From: Eledone cirrhosa
Lineage: Eukaryota
NCBI GenBank assembly: GCA_964016885.1
Contig: OZ024741.1
Coordinates: 320,850,001-320,914,000 of the forward strand
Direction: 5' to 3'
Length of the DNA stretch: 64,000 nt
Shown: positions 38,293 to 50,633 of the stretch, one piece after another
Layout: each line of letters opens with the position of its first letter
How positions within the stretch are numbered: position 1 is the first letter of the stretch
Made by a program: the position numbers and the translations under genes
Notes under the pieces: generated by a model
Seen by the model: only the letters and a program-made list of their open reading frames with translations
Told to the model about the DNA's origin: nothing
Database searches by the model: none

Positions 38293-38516
38293 CTTGAACA
38301 TTTTCCTATATATATATATAGAGAGAGAGAGAAAGTATAACTCCGATGGCAGAGTTAAAGCCGTTTCGACGGCTATTTCTGTCCAGAAATAGCCGTCGAA
38401 ACGGCTTGAGCTCCGCCGTCGGGGTCATACTTTTTCCTATTACCCACTCTACTACACTAAGTATTGAGTACTCTGGTGCGTTATGGTCCATCTGGTTCCT
38501 TACCACAATTCCTTCG

Positions 38517-38575
<59 letters not shown>

Positions 38576-38581
<6 letters not shown>

Positions 38582-39275
38582 GAATAGAATTGGTGCTCTG
38601 AAATACCGATATATATATGAATGTATATATATTGTATTTTGCAATAAATTGTATGCTTAATTAAAAGCATTTCGAAGACCTTACGCTATTGTTTTAGAGT
38701 AGTGACAGTTTCACTTACTTTAATTTTCAGCAAACAGGGGAGATAAAGCTGACAGAGCTCTCTTTCGCACTTTTTGGTGCTTATCAAAGCTAACTACTCC
38801 TCCTGTTTGCTGAAAATCATGAATGTTTGATTCTTATAGAATTCTAGTAATAATCAGGAACTGATTATACAGAGCGGTTGCCGGTCAAGCAGAAATTGAA
38901 AATTAGAATTGGTGCTCTGAAATAGCGATATATATATGAATGTATATATACTGTATTTTGCAATAAACTGTATGCTTAATTAAAAGCATTTCGAAGACCT
39001 ATCTAATTTTCAATTTCTGCTTGACCGGCAACCGCTCTGTATAATCAGTTCCTGATTATTACTAGAATTCTATAAGAATCAAACATTCATGATTTTCAGC
39101 AAACAGGAGGAGTAGTTAGCTTTGATAAGCACCAAAAAGTGCGAAACAGGACTCTGTCAGCTTTAACTCCCCTGTTTGCTAAAATTAAAGTAAGTGAGAC
39201 TGTCACTACTCTAAAATAATAGCGTAAGGTCTTCAAAATGCTTTTAATTAAGCATACAGTGTATTGCAAAATACA
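38576..39275. mobile_element. 319-bp retrozyme-like unit: about 1.3 direct copies followed by an inverted copy
   Basis: tagaattggtgctctg at 38585 and 38904; inversion from about 39002; (TA)n flanks; homologous scaffold to the 310-bp repeat. Confidence 0.85.
39093..39184 (+). ncRNA. Type I hammerhead with U3-A8 variant core (UUGAUAA), GUC site
   Basis: agct TTGATAA gcac caaaaa gtgc GAAA cag gact ctg TC agct, closed by agcaaacagg/cctgtttgct; predicted cleavage after 39158; second copy on minus at 38725-38815. Confidence 0.88.
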
Positions 39276-39276
39276 C

Positions 39277-39397
<121 letters not shown>

Positions 39398-40073
39398 TGA
39401 AATATGTATGTACAATTGAATTTAAATGGATTGCTTGCTTTGTAAAGGAAAATATATGTTACCATTGCTTGTCCCGTGATGGAGTCAATGTATATAATTT
39501 TGTCGGTGACCGTTCGCTAATTTCCGAGTTTTAGGCGGACACACAGAACCAAGACCTTTCATTTATATATAAGATAATTGTTTCATCTTACGCCATAGTA
39601 TGTGACTCGTGATGAGACATCTATCCATCACTAGATTATATATTTGTACAACCCCTCTGTCACTCTATGATAATCTTAATGCAAACAACTGCAAGATGAT
39701 CGAAAACTTTTCAACACAGGTTCTCTATCAAAAGCTATTTCTACAACAACACACAAAACAAACATAGATTCATATGCATATACATACAGTTTCTTTACAT
39801 AGATTATGAATTTAGGCTATACCTATCCTGATCGGTGTGTTAATAAATGTTTAAGCGCCAATCACGAGAAGCTAGTGTTTTCGGGAAAATAAAATGACCA
39901 GTTAATATTAACAACCTATATGTAGAACAGTAAATATGTACAATACATAATTTCACTTGAACGTGGTTGCTATCCAAACTTCGGCAACGGTGCTTTTGTT
40001 TCTTTGTTAGAAACCAGTTTATCCTTCATATAAATGAAAAAGCAAGGTATATAAATACATATATATATGTATA

Positions 40074-40262
40074 ATAATTGTTTCTACTTTTGGCACGAGG
40101 CCAGCAATTATCCCCAGTGTATTACTGGTACTTTATTTTATTGACCCCGTAAGGATGAAAGGCAAAGTAAACTTTGGTGGGATTTGAACTCAAACCATAA
40201 AGGGTCGTAACTCTATGCTGCAAAGCATGGAATCCTACCCTCTACCGATACTGCCAATCCAT
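40074..40262 (-). mobile_element. tRNA-derived SINE
   Basis: Reverse complement of the family consensus. Confidence 0.85.
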
Positions 40263-40413
40263 CGAATACAAGGACAAATGGTTACTCCTTCATTACGTTT
40301 ATTGGTTGGTGACGTGCGTTTCGCTATTGATCAGCTCAATGTTCGATTCGATCTGTATCGATCTGGCCCGACTCTGGAATCAAAACCTACAGTAACTTCG
40401 CGTTACAATACCT

Positions 40414-40498
<85 letters not shown>

Positions 40499-40518
40499 TA
40501 TATTTGTGTGCGTGTGTG

Positions 40519-40557
<39 letters not shown>

Positions 40558-40563
40558 ATATAC

Positions 40564-40663
<100 letters not shown>

Positions 40664-41624
40664 TGAAGTGGAAACGAACCTGAGATCTTATAGATGTTAG
40701 ATGAGCTTCTTAATCACTCGGGACGTCTACATCTACGTGGATAGAGCTTGGTTGATGATGAGTGTGATTGGTTAGACGTTTGTTAGTAGCTAGGAGTTAG
40801 TAAATAGGTGGTTAGTGGTTAGAGGTTGGTGCTGGGGTTAGTGGTTGATGGTTGGTGATTGAGATTAATAGTTAGAGGTTGATGGCTGGTGATTGAGGTT
40901 AGTGGCTGTTAGTTGATGGTTGGCGTTTGGGGTTAGTGATTGGAATTTATTGTTATATGATGGATGGTGAATGAATGAAGTGTAACATCAACAAAAAGTA
41001 AAAGGAAGAAAAAAGAAAAGGAAAGAAAAAGACGATCACCTTATCGGATATAAATGTGTGTGTGTTTGTGTGTGTATATGTGTGTGTGTTTGTGAGCGTG
41101 TGGGTATATGTGTGTGTGCTTGTGAGCATGTGTGTGTGCATGCCTTTGTGTTTGTGTGTGTTTATTTGTGCGTGTGAACATGTGTTGGTGTGTGTGTGTG
41201 TGTGTGCGTGTATGTGTGTGTGCGTGTGTATGTGTGTGTGTGTGTATGTGTGTATGTGCGTGTATGTGCGTACGTGTGTATGTGCGTGTGTGTGCGTGTC
41301 TGTATGTGTGTATGTGCGTGTGTGTGTGTGTGTGTGTGCGTGCGCTTGTGTGTATGTGTGTGCGTGTGTGTGGTGTCGTGTCTGTGTGTCTGTGTGTGTT
41401 TGTGATGGAAATTTTATATTTAGTTTAATACCAATTGACAAGAGAACGGAAGATATATGGTAGCCTGGAGGAATGTGGAAGTGTGAGAGTTAGTAATATC
41501 GTTTGAATTGCAATGATTTCTATGTAATAAATGGTACGTAATAAAAGACATGTGATAAATGGTCTGTAATAAATCTAGGTAGCATGTAGCAAGGTCAGTG
41601 GAAATAGTTATTGGCAAATTCTTC

Positions 41625-42099
41625 ATCCAACAACAACAACAACAACAGCAACAACAACTACAACAAGAAGAAAAACAACAACAATAACAAGAACTACAAC
41701 AATTAACGACGACGACAACAACAACAACAGCAACTAATACAAGAACAAAAACAGCAACAATAACATAAGAACTACAACTAATGACGACAACGACAACAAC
41801 AACTAATACAAGAACAAAACCAACAGCAACAACAATTACAACAACAACAACAACTAATACAAGAACGAAAACAACAATAACGTAAGAACTACAACAACTA
41901 ACGACGACGACAACAACAACAACAACAATTAATACAACAATAACAACAGCAGTTAATACAACTATGACAACAACATCAACTGCAGTAACATTGTCAAATA
42001 GAAGCATAACAACAACAGTAGTAAACTAAACAGTAGCTGTCTCAAATGTTACAACGGTAAGAACAGCAATGACAACATAACAATGTATTGTATGTAGGC

Positions 42100-42145
<46 letters not shown>

Positions 42146-42311
42146 TAATATTTTAACCACAACACACATGTTAGCAACAACATTAACAACTGCAGCCACA
42201 ATAAAAACTTCAACAACATCATAAATTCTAGCCAAGAGAACAATCCTAACAACAACAGTTACAGCAACAACTACAACGACGACGATGATGACGACGAGAA
42301 TGAGGACGACG

Positions 42312-42344
<33 letters not shown>

Positions 42345-42530
42345 CCAACAACAACAACAACAACAAACACAACAACTACAACAACAACAACAACAACACC
42401 ATAAATTCTAGCCAAGAGAATAACCGTAACAACAACAGTTGCGGCAACAGCAAAAACTACAATGACAACGTCATACAACGATGGCAACAACAACAGCAAC
42501 AATACTAACAACCACAACCACAACAACAAT
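41625..42530. repeat. Degenerate (CAA)n/(CGA)n trinucleotide tract with higher-order subrepeats
   Basis: Direct inspection; recurring caactaatacaagaac and cataaattctagccaagagaa blocks. Confidence 0.9.
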
Positions 42531-43380
42531 CATTATCTATGAGTTGATTAGATGCAAACTGGGTATTAGTTAACGGGCTACGATATTAAATGAGTTTGCC
42601 GTTTGCTGTTTGGGATTTGAGATTTGTTGTGCAACCATGCATGAACTGTGCTGTGAATAGTATGATACAAGAGTTGCGAGAAATCGATATTATAACGAGA
42701 TAAGGATATAAGCGAAAAAAAAGATTTATTCCACGTGTGATGATATTTCGTGTAAACTACACACTGAAGCGAACCAATAAATGAGTCTCCCCTACGACCT
42801 CAGCTGATCTGATTTTTGTTTTAATTTTTATTCTATATTTAGTTAATATCTTACTCCAGGCATTCATAGGTTTTAAAGCCAACACCCCACCCCCACCCCT
42901 CCGAAGCTATTGGTCAGATCAATGTAGTTGTTGTTCAGTTTCATTATCTGTAAGGTGATAACTGAAAAGGAAATGTAAAGAGTAGGAAGTGGGAAATTGC
43001 TTGTATGTACCTGTAACTGCTGATGGAGTCGTAGGGGCTTCGTAGTAACGTACAGCTTGCTTGGGCATTTAAAACGTAGTGTAGCCTTTCCATATCAAGG
43101 TCTAAATACAGTCGGTTTATTCCGGAGAAAGAGAGAGATAAAGAGTGTGTAATAGAGATGAAGTAAGAAAGAGATATAGAATAAGAATCAACTCCAGTAC
43201 TGGCCTTCTTTAGCGGCCTTGGGGGTGTGAAAGATAAAGGTGACCTCGTTTGGATTTGCAATAAAGACACTGAGAGCAGCAAATCATTCGATCTGACGTT
43301 CAAACGGATCTTGACATTTTGCCGCCTCAGAGGGAAATTAATAGCAAACAAAACTTCCTGTCGTCAGTGGCTCTTTAAAA

Positions 43381-43520
43381 GTTGTTTCTACTTTTGGCAC
43401 AAGTCCAGCAATTAACCAGTGCATTACTGGTACTTTATTTTATCGACCCCGTAGGGATGAAAGGCAAAGTTAACCTCGGCAGGAATTGAACTCAGAATGG
43501 CAAGGGCCGTAACTCTATGC
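43381..43520 (-). mobile_element. tRNA-derived SINE, 5'-truncated
   Basis: Reverse complement of the family core. Confidence 0.8.
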
Positions 43521-43559
43521 TAATAATGGAGAGAAAGGAGAAACAAATACATATTGTAG

Positions 43560-43786
<227 letters not shown>

Positions 43787-45064
43787 TAATTACCTAAACA
43801 ATATGACAGATAATCATCGTACAGTAGGTTCACACAAAGAAAATATTGTGAGTTGAAAATGTTCCATCAGCTGGATTTATTCAAGTAATTAATTGAAACA
43901 AACTTACACAAGAGGCGATCACAATCTAAAATCACCAAATTTCTGACACTATAGACAATACTCATTTAACTAGTACTGGTCTTCAAAATCAAAACAACGA
44001 ACATGTTCCGGGCTTTTGATGCATCCTCGGTTAACTATACTCTATCCAGTTGACAATATATATATACGATTTCGAAAGCGCCCGCATACTGAAATATGGC
44101 TCTCTCAAGAATTTGTCATTTTGTATTGAGGAAATTTTTCATATACTTACCAGCCAAAACTCTATTAACAAAAAAAAAGAATTATGCAGTTCTTGCAGAC
44201 ATCGACAAACCAAAACATTCAGAAGTATCTATAATCTATAGAAAATATTATCTATACCTCACGTGTTTACACTTAATATGTCTTCACTATGTTTTGTTGA
44301 TGTTTTCCAGTGATTATTAGATGATGTTTTTCTTTTTAAGTGATATTTTTCAAATGATACTCTTTTTAAATTGTTTTTAAATGATATTTTGAAATATATA
44401 TTTCTTGTGATAGTTTTAGTTGATGTTTCTGAATATACTTTGGATGTCTCTAATATTTCTTCCTAATTGACTATATATACATTAACATTTGCAGCGATGT
44501 AGATTATGCTGTCTAAATATATATATAAAAGAATTTTTATCTTTGAAAATATGTAATATAGGATACCTTATAATTATATATAAAATAATATATAAAAAAT
44601 GTTCTACATATATCTTGCATATATCTTAATTGAATATTCTTTTAAAGTAAATTCTACTATAAACGACAAACTTAACCTAACTATTTTAACTAAGAAATAT
44701 TGGAGTTTTCTTTTCCTTTTAATGTAACACGCTTAAATATTTCTTCTAATAAACAACTAAACTTTACATAAATATTAAATTTTCTGTATAATTTCGTTAA
44801 ATTACTAAACTTTGTAAATGTATTCCTATCTTGATTGAACTATAGAATGCACAAAATAATCTTCTCTAATAAAAATAGAACTACTTCCTTTTTCTTAACT
44901 ATATATTGAAAATGTAAACATGAAATTCTTCGAAACCCTTAAAAAAACATATATACTCACCAAAATTATTTATATAAATATTTATATAAATAACCTGTTG
45001 TAATATAATAAGGTAAAATATACTTACAACCTTAATTCTTCATAAAATATACTTATAAATATTA

Positions 45065-47568
45065 TCTATCTATCTATCTATCCATCTATTACTAAAACTC
45101 TGATCTTGCTTGCTTGTCTGTTATGTAATACAGCCAAAATGGGTAAATACTTTGAAAGCAAGTTGCCTCTGAAATGGGAATAGAAATTGAATAAAACAAG
45201 TTTCGCGAAAATCTCATCCCGGGTTCCCGATATTCGCGGGTTTTGGGGGTACCTTCGTAAATAGCCACAAGAAAATACCCCGAAATTAACATAACCCTGC
45301 AAAACTTCGTAAATAGCCAAAACATTGAATAATGAGATAATACTCTGAATAAAACAAGTTTGGCGTAAATCGCACATGGACAATATTTTCAATTTTCCAA
45401 AAATAGCAAGGAATTCATCTAAATTTAATTTATCTTGTTTTATAATGAATATCGAAAGAAATAATCCATTTGTTTTTTGGTTATCCATTCTGTAGGTAAG
45501 AGAGCCAGAGAGGGGGTGAAAGAGAGAGGGATGGGGGGAGAGAGAGAAAGAGAGAGTGAGGGTGAGAGAGAGAAAGAGAGAGAGTGAGGGGATGAGAGAG
45601 AGAGGGGGGATGACAGATAGGGAAAGAGACAGTGTCCTTAACTTTTATTTATTTTAACTCGCCCCCTATCCATAACGCTATTTCTTTCTCTCTCTTTCAC
45701 AGTTCTACTGCCACCGTGTGTATCTGTATGTGTATGTGTGCCAGTGCATGTGTTTACGTACTTAGAGACATGTGTGTGTGTGTAACGGTACTTAACTTAG
45801 AGACATATATATATATATTTGTGTGTGTGTGTCTGTCCGTGTGTGTGTGTGTTTGCGTGTAGGATACACTCGTAAATAGCCAAAACGGTGCATAATGGAA
45901 AACGCCTGCATTAAAAAATCCTACTTATGGCGAAGCTTCAAAATATTTCAGTTGAAGACAAACATACGATTGGGTGGGGAAGCAGGAGACTATTCACAGT
46001 TCCTATTGGATATTGGAGAAGATAAGATAAATAAAACTGAAAATGAGGAAATTATTTTGCCAAAAGAAATGGTTCTCCAAGCAACAACTATGGAAGAATG
46101 TATTGATTTCATCTACCCCTCATTCGACAAACCAGCTGAAGTGTTTTCGAACAATTGCATCTTAGTATCTCAATGAAATGATGAGAAGCATCAATTCCAC
46201 CTGTATCGGACGCTTCCCTGGACCCATGAAAGAGTACAGATCCTATAATTCTGTGAGTGATGGTGCCAATGCCACTCATTTCCCGACTGAATTCCTTGAT
46301 TCGGTTGAACTATCAGGACTGCCACCACATAACCTGGAATTGAAAAAAGGATCGCCAATAATTCTTATAAGAAACTTGAATCCTCCAAGGATTTGTAATG
46401 GAACGCGCATGATCGTGGAAGAACTGCACGACAATCTCATAGTAGTAAGAAGCAACACCGCTGCTTTCAGAAATGAGATCGTTATGATACCTAGAATAAG
46501 AATTAATCTATCCGAAGGTGAGGATATCCCTTTGCAGCGAAGCCAATTCCCAGTTCAATCGTGCTTCGCTATGACTATTCATAAAGCTCAAGGACAAACT
46601 ATGGAAAACGTCTTGGTTTATCTGGAACGACCTGTATTCCAACACGGTCAACTGTATGTAGCCTTTAGCCGCGGAAAACGAATAGAAAATGACGGAGTGT
46701 TTCTGAAGGATACCCAGTCACCTAAGGATGTTGTTATCAAAAGCATTCTTTTGAACAAACTGTAACAGCGTAAATATGATAAAATATTGATTCCGACGTC
46801 AGAAAATGAAAGGAAAAGGAAAAACTAAGACAATTAAGAATAATTTCTTTCGAATTTTTGCAGATAAAACCAGCTTTTCATTAACATTGCAACTTTTTAA
46901 GCAGAAAAATCTTTCAGAACAAACAGGCAAGCATCCATAGAGATATAGAAAAAAGAATTTTCAAGTGGAATGATTGGATAGCTATTAGTGAAAAATGATT
47001 TGATATTTTCTTTGTGAAAATACTTGTGAATAATACAGTGTAAATACAAGTTTCGCGTAAATTGGACCACGGGTTCCCGAGATACGCGGGTTTTTTCGGG
47101 TACCTTTATAAATAGCCAAATCAGCGCATAATGGGAAAATACTTTGAAAGTAGGGTACCATTGAAATGTGAATACAAACGCAGATAGTGGTTGTGAAAGA
47201 GAGAGAGGGAGAGAGAGGTGGTGGTGTTGTTGAATGAAATTATGACAGGTGACTTCAAAGAATCGAATACAGCATGACTGTATCTAGCTTGAATTTGGTG
47301 ACTGAATATTAAGTTATATGTATCTTATAACTTGTGTTAGGACAGGATGTATGTGTGTGTGTGTCTGTGACCAGTGTATATAGGCCACAGACACCCACAC
47401 ACACAAACACATATATATATATACACGTACATATACACACACACATACACGTATATATATATATTGGCTTTCCAATGTCATTTTACATTATATACATTTT
47501 TTGTATATTTTAATTATTTAAAAATTATTTTTAAGTGAACATGACCCAACGAGTCACGAGTGGTCTAG
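45065..47568 (+). mobile_element. Internally deleted Helitron with both termini
   Basis: Begins TC after A (atta|tctatc), ends CTAG before T, with subterminal hairpin tgacccaacgagtca (about 47542-47556); contains a helicase fragment. Confidence 0.85.
45895..46765 (+). pseudogene. Helitron Pif1-like helicase C-terminal fragment
   Basis: FPTEFLDS..GLPPHNLELKKGSPIILIRNLNPPRICNGTR, RSQFPV..FAMTIHKAQGQT, VFQHGQLYVAFSR; one frameshift at about 46176. Confidence 0.92.
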
Positions 47569-48101
47569 TATACTACTAAAATTCACGATTTGAATTGATC
47601 CAATAATTAGTACTATCTCTCAATTTTTAAAATTGGTATTCCACCACTTCAACAAATTTATAATTCTCATATTATTTTATAGATACTACCAAAATATATA
47701 ATTATATAATTAAATATATAATTATAATTATATCACTCTCTTTACACCATCACTAATTTGATCCATACAATTATATTTTAATAATAATAATGTATTTCTA
47801 AATATAATATATTGGTTTTCTTATATTAACATCTCTCTTCGTCCCTTAAAAATAAAAAAAATAAAAAAATATCCTAATAATTATTTAAATTTACCTAGCG
47901 TCTAAATATAACGATCTTTTTCAACTATACGTTTAGCCTTATTAACATATTTCATTCTAAGATTTGAATTTTCTTTCACTATCCAAAATGAACTTAAAGC
48001 GATAAGTTCTTGTTTTGGGATATGTCAATATTTATAGAAAAATTTGTGTATTTTATCTGATGAGTGCGTACCAAAATGTTGGCATCCTTGAAATATATAT
48101 A

Positions 48102-48293
48102 TAATTGTTTCTACTTTTTGGCACAAGGCCAGCAATTACCCAGTGCATTACTGATACTTTATTTTATCGACCCCGTAAGGATGAAAGGCAAAGTTAACCT
48201 AGGCGGGATTTGAACTCAGAATGGCAAGGGCCGTAACTCTATGCATCAAAGCATGGCATCCAACCCTCTACCGATACTGCCAATTCACCGCCC
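48102..48293 (-). mobile_element. tRNA-derived SINE
   Basis: Reverse complement of the full family consensus. Confidence 0.9.
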
Positions 48294-48437
48294 TAATATA
48301 TATATAATAAAATAAATATGGTTTTATAAAGATAGTTTCCATCATTGATATTATACTCCAGAAGAAATCTGTAGAGTACTTCGTATCTGTAATAAATAAA
48401 TTTGTTGAATAACCAACAAATTAAATATATATTTGCT

Positions 48438-48528
<91 letters not shown>

Positions 48529-48553
48529 TATATACATATATATATATATATAT

Positions 48554-48619
48554 AGCTTTCCTGGTGATTTACTTCGAATGAAACAGTTCTAGTCCTGTAG
48601 AAGCCATTTCTATATTAAA

Positions 48620-48687
<68 letters not shown>

Positions 48688-48751
48688 ATATATAGAAATG
48701 GCTTCTACAGGATTAGAGCTGTTTCATTCGAAGGAAATCATTAGGAAAGCT
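48554..48751. ncRNA. Two solo hammerhead motifs (48554-48612 plus, 48695-48751 minus) separated by (TA)n
   Basis: agctttc CTGGTGA tttacttcgaat GAAA cagttctagtcctg TA gaagcc and agctttc CTAATGA tttccttcgaat GAAA cagctctaatcctg TA gaagcc; each has one core substitution. Confidence 0.7.
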
Positions 48752-48784
48752 ATATATATATGCATATATATTTATATATGTATG

Positions 48785-48837
<53 letters not shown>

Positions 48838-48841
<4 letters not shown>

Positions 48842-49429
48842 CGGGTAAAATTCCAGAGATCCATGGACGAGTTCTCTCCACCGGTCTCTGTCCCTCAATA
48901 TCGCTGCCATGTCCTGCGTCTCCAACAGACCAGTGTCTGTCCTTAGGGCATCAACATACGTTAACCTTGGTCTTCCTCTTCTAGTGTGTCCATGTAGGGG
49001 CTCCCACAGGAGCACTGAGTGCAATGTCAACTCTGGATGTCGGTGAGCATGTCCAGCCAACCTCAGTCTCCTCTGTGTCACTTTTGAGCTGACTTTTGGG
49101 ATGCTCCCATACAGCTCTGAGTTTTTCATCGTCAGTGTATACTGATTAATGTTCAGAGCCATCTTCAGCATTCTCGTGTAGCACCCAGCCACCATCTGAG
49201 TGAGTTTCTTGGTCAGTGTCCAAGTCTCAGACCCAGGGGCCCGAGGATAGGAAGAGGAAATGGCTAGACCATTTTAGGACCCTACTAGGAGAGCCACTCT
49301 CCACAGCCCAGAGCACTGGGGAGATCAGGCGGCTGTTTGAGGAACTGGATGTTGAGACAGGGCCCTTCACCAGAGAGCCAAGAATAGGATCAAGGAGGGC
49401 AAGGCTCATGGAGAAGATGGAGTGGCATC

Positions 49430-49432
<3 letters not shown>
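48838..49432 (-). mobile_element. RTE-like LINE 3' fragment with inverted upstream piece
   Basis: RRLRLAGHAHRHPE..LLWEP..RGRPRLTYVD on minus (48840-49230); KWLDHFRTLL..GPFT on plus (49240-49430); (TA)n flanks. Confidence 0.8.
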
Positions 49433-49491
<59 letters not shown>

Positions 49492-49495
<4 letters not shown>

Positions 49496-49820
49496 AATGA
49501 TTAATAAAACAGGTAGACATCATAAAAAGATAATTTATTCCGAGTGCTTACAAATGTCTCTTTAGTAGTTACACAGCCTAGTCATGCTATGTGCAAATTG
49601 GTAGTTATTTATTTTCAAATGCTGTTCATTCTACCAAGTCTTCAGAGCGAATTAAGACTTGGTAGAATGAACAGCATTTGAAAATTGAGTATCTGCAAAT
49701 AAGTAGCTACCAATTTGCACATAGCATGACTAGGCTGTGTAACTACTAAAGAAACATTTGTAAGCACTCGGAATAAATTATCTTTTTATGATGTCTACCT
49801 GTTTTATTAATCATTCTTTA
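49492..49820. repeat. ~330-bp fold-back element in (TA)n containing a long-stem-II hammerhead
   Basis: Arms 49492-49643 and 49654-49820 are reverse complements; consensus attcgct CTGAAGA c-ttggtag...ctactaa-a GAAA catttg TA agc..gaat. Confidence 0.75.
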
Positions 49821-49970
49821 TATATATATATATACATATATATATATGCATATAGACATAGAATATTCGAAAATATTCTGTATGTTTATAATAAACATTT
49901 TGAAGACCTAATCGCTATAGAATAGAATACGTCACGTATTACAATTAGATTCTCGATAAAAGCAAGGGAA

Positions 49971-50013
49971 GTAATCTACGCGTTTCATTCTCGTTAGAAA
50001 TCATCAGGACTAC
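49971..50013 (-). ncRNA. Minimal type I hammerhead ribozyme, copy 1
   Basis: Minus: gtagtc CTGATGA t-ttct aacg agaa-t GAAA cgcg TA gattac; palindromic ACGCGT stem III; GUA site (cut between 49977 and 49976); enclosed by a perfect 16-bp stem 49949-49964/50022-50037. Confidence 0.88.
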
Positions 50014-50280
50014 ATATCCAGTGCTTTTATCGAGAATGACACAGCTAGAGACTTATAGAATACTTAGCTGTGTACAGGAACTGGTTTGAAAGAGCGGTTG
50101 CCGGTCCGGCAGAAATTAGAAATTGGAATAAATGCTCTGAAATAGCGATATATATGTGAATATAGACATAGAATATTCGAAAATATTCTGTATGTTTATA
50201 ATAAACATTTTGAAGACCTAATCGCTATAGAATAGAATACGTCACGTATTACAATTAGATTCTCGATAAAAGCAAGGGAA

Positions 50281-50323
50281 GTAATCTACGCGTTTCATTC
50301 TCGTTAGAAATCATCAGGACTAC
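50281..50323 (-). ncRNA. Minimal type I hammerhead ribozyme, copy 2
   Basis: Identical to 49971-50013, offset by 310 bp. Confidence 0.88.
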
Positions 50324-50590
50324 ATATCCAGTGCTTTTATCGAGAATGACACAGCTAGAGACTTATAGAATACTTAGCTGTGTACAGGAACTGGTTTGAA
50401 AGAGCGGTTGCCGGTCCGGCAGAAATTAGAAATTGGAATAAATGCTCTGAAATAGCGATATATATGTGAATATAGACATAGAATATTCGAAAATATTCTG
50501 TATGTTTATAATAAACATTTTGAAGACCTAATCGCTATAGAATAGAATACGTCACGTATTACAATTAGATTCTCGATAAAAGCAAGGGAA

Positions 50591-50633
50591 GTAATCTACG
50601 CGTTTCATTCTCGTTAGAAATCATCAGGACTAC
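50591..50633 (-). ncRNA. Minimal type I hammerhead ribozyme, copy 3
   Basis: Identical to 49971-50013, offset by 620 bp. Confidence 0.88.

Larger units (their letters stand above)
36481..38305 (+). mobile_element. 5'-truncated Penelope-like element with inverted terminal arm
   Basis: WFNPP, TIKLSYSTT, CPLNNRC..NVIYQC..AYIGLT..FKTR (GIY-YIG), CNLCSEE..LLNKK..CKH across frames 36800-37555; 36567-36745 is an inverted copy of 38135-38305; (TA)n flanks. Confidence 0.88.
43800..48092 (+). mobile_element. Old PLE relic (GIY-YIG C-terminus plus AT-rich 3' region) split by a Helitron
   Basis: ORF 44050-44241 'FCIEEIFHIL..SINKKKELCSSCRHR' parallels the PLE C-termini at 37430 and 52720; AT-rich sequence continues on both sides of the Helitron and ends in CTGATGA gtgc..gcat..GAAA at about 48057. 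Confidence 0.5.

Noticed and set aside
40294-40345. Hammerhead-like GAAAcgcacgTC with a short stem II on minus
   Set aside because: No correctly placed CUGANGA or UUGANAA and no stem I partner.
40800-40940. Interstitial telomeric repeat
   Set aside because: Only a degenerate GGTT(A/G)G-rich low-complexity tract with no TTAGGG array.
50092-50115. Twister ribozyme suggested by TGCCGGTCC
   Set aside because: The rest of the twister consensus (UAA cleavage loop, CCAAGCCC, pseudoknots) is absent; treated as a conserved box instead.
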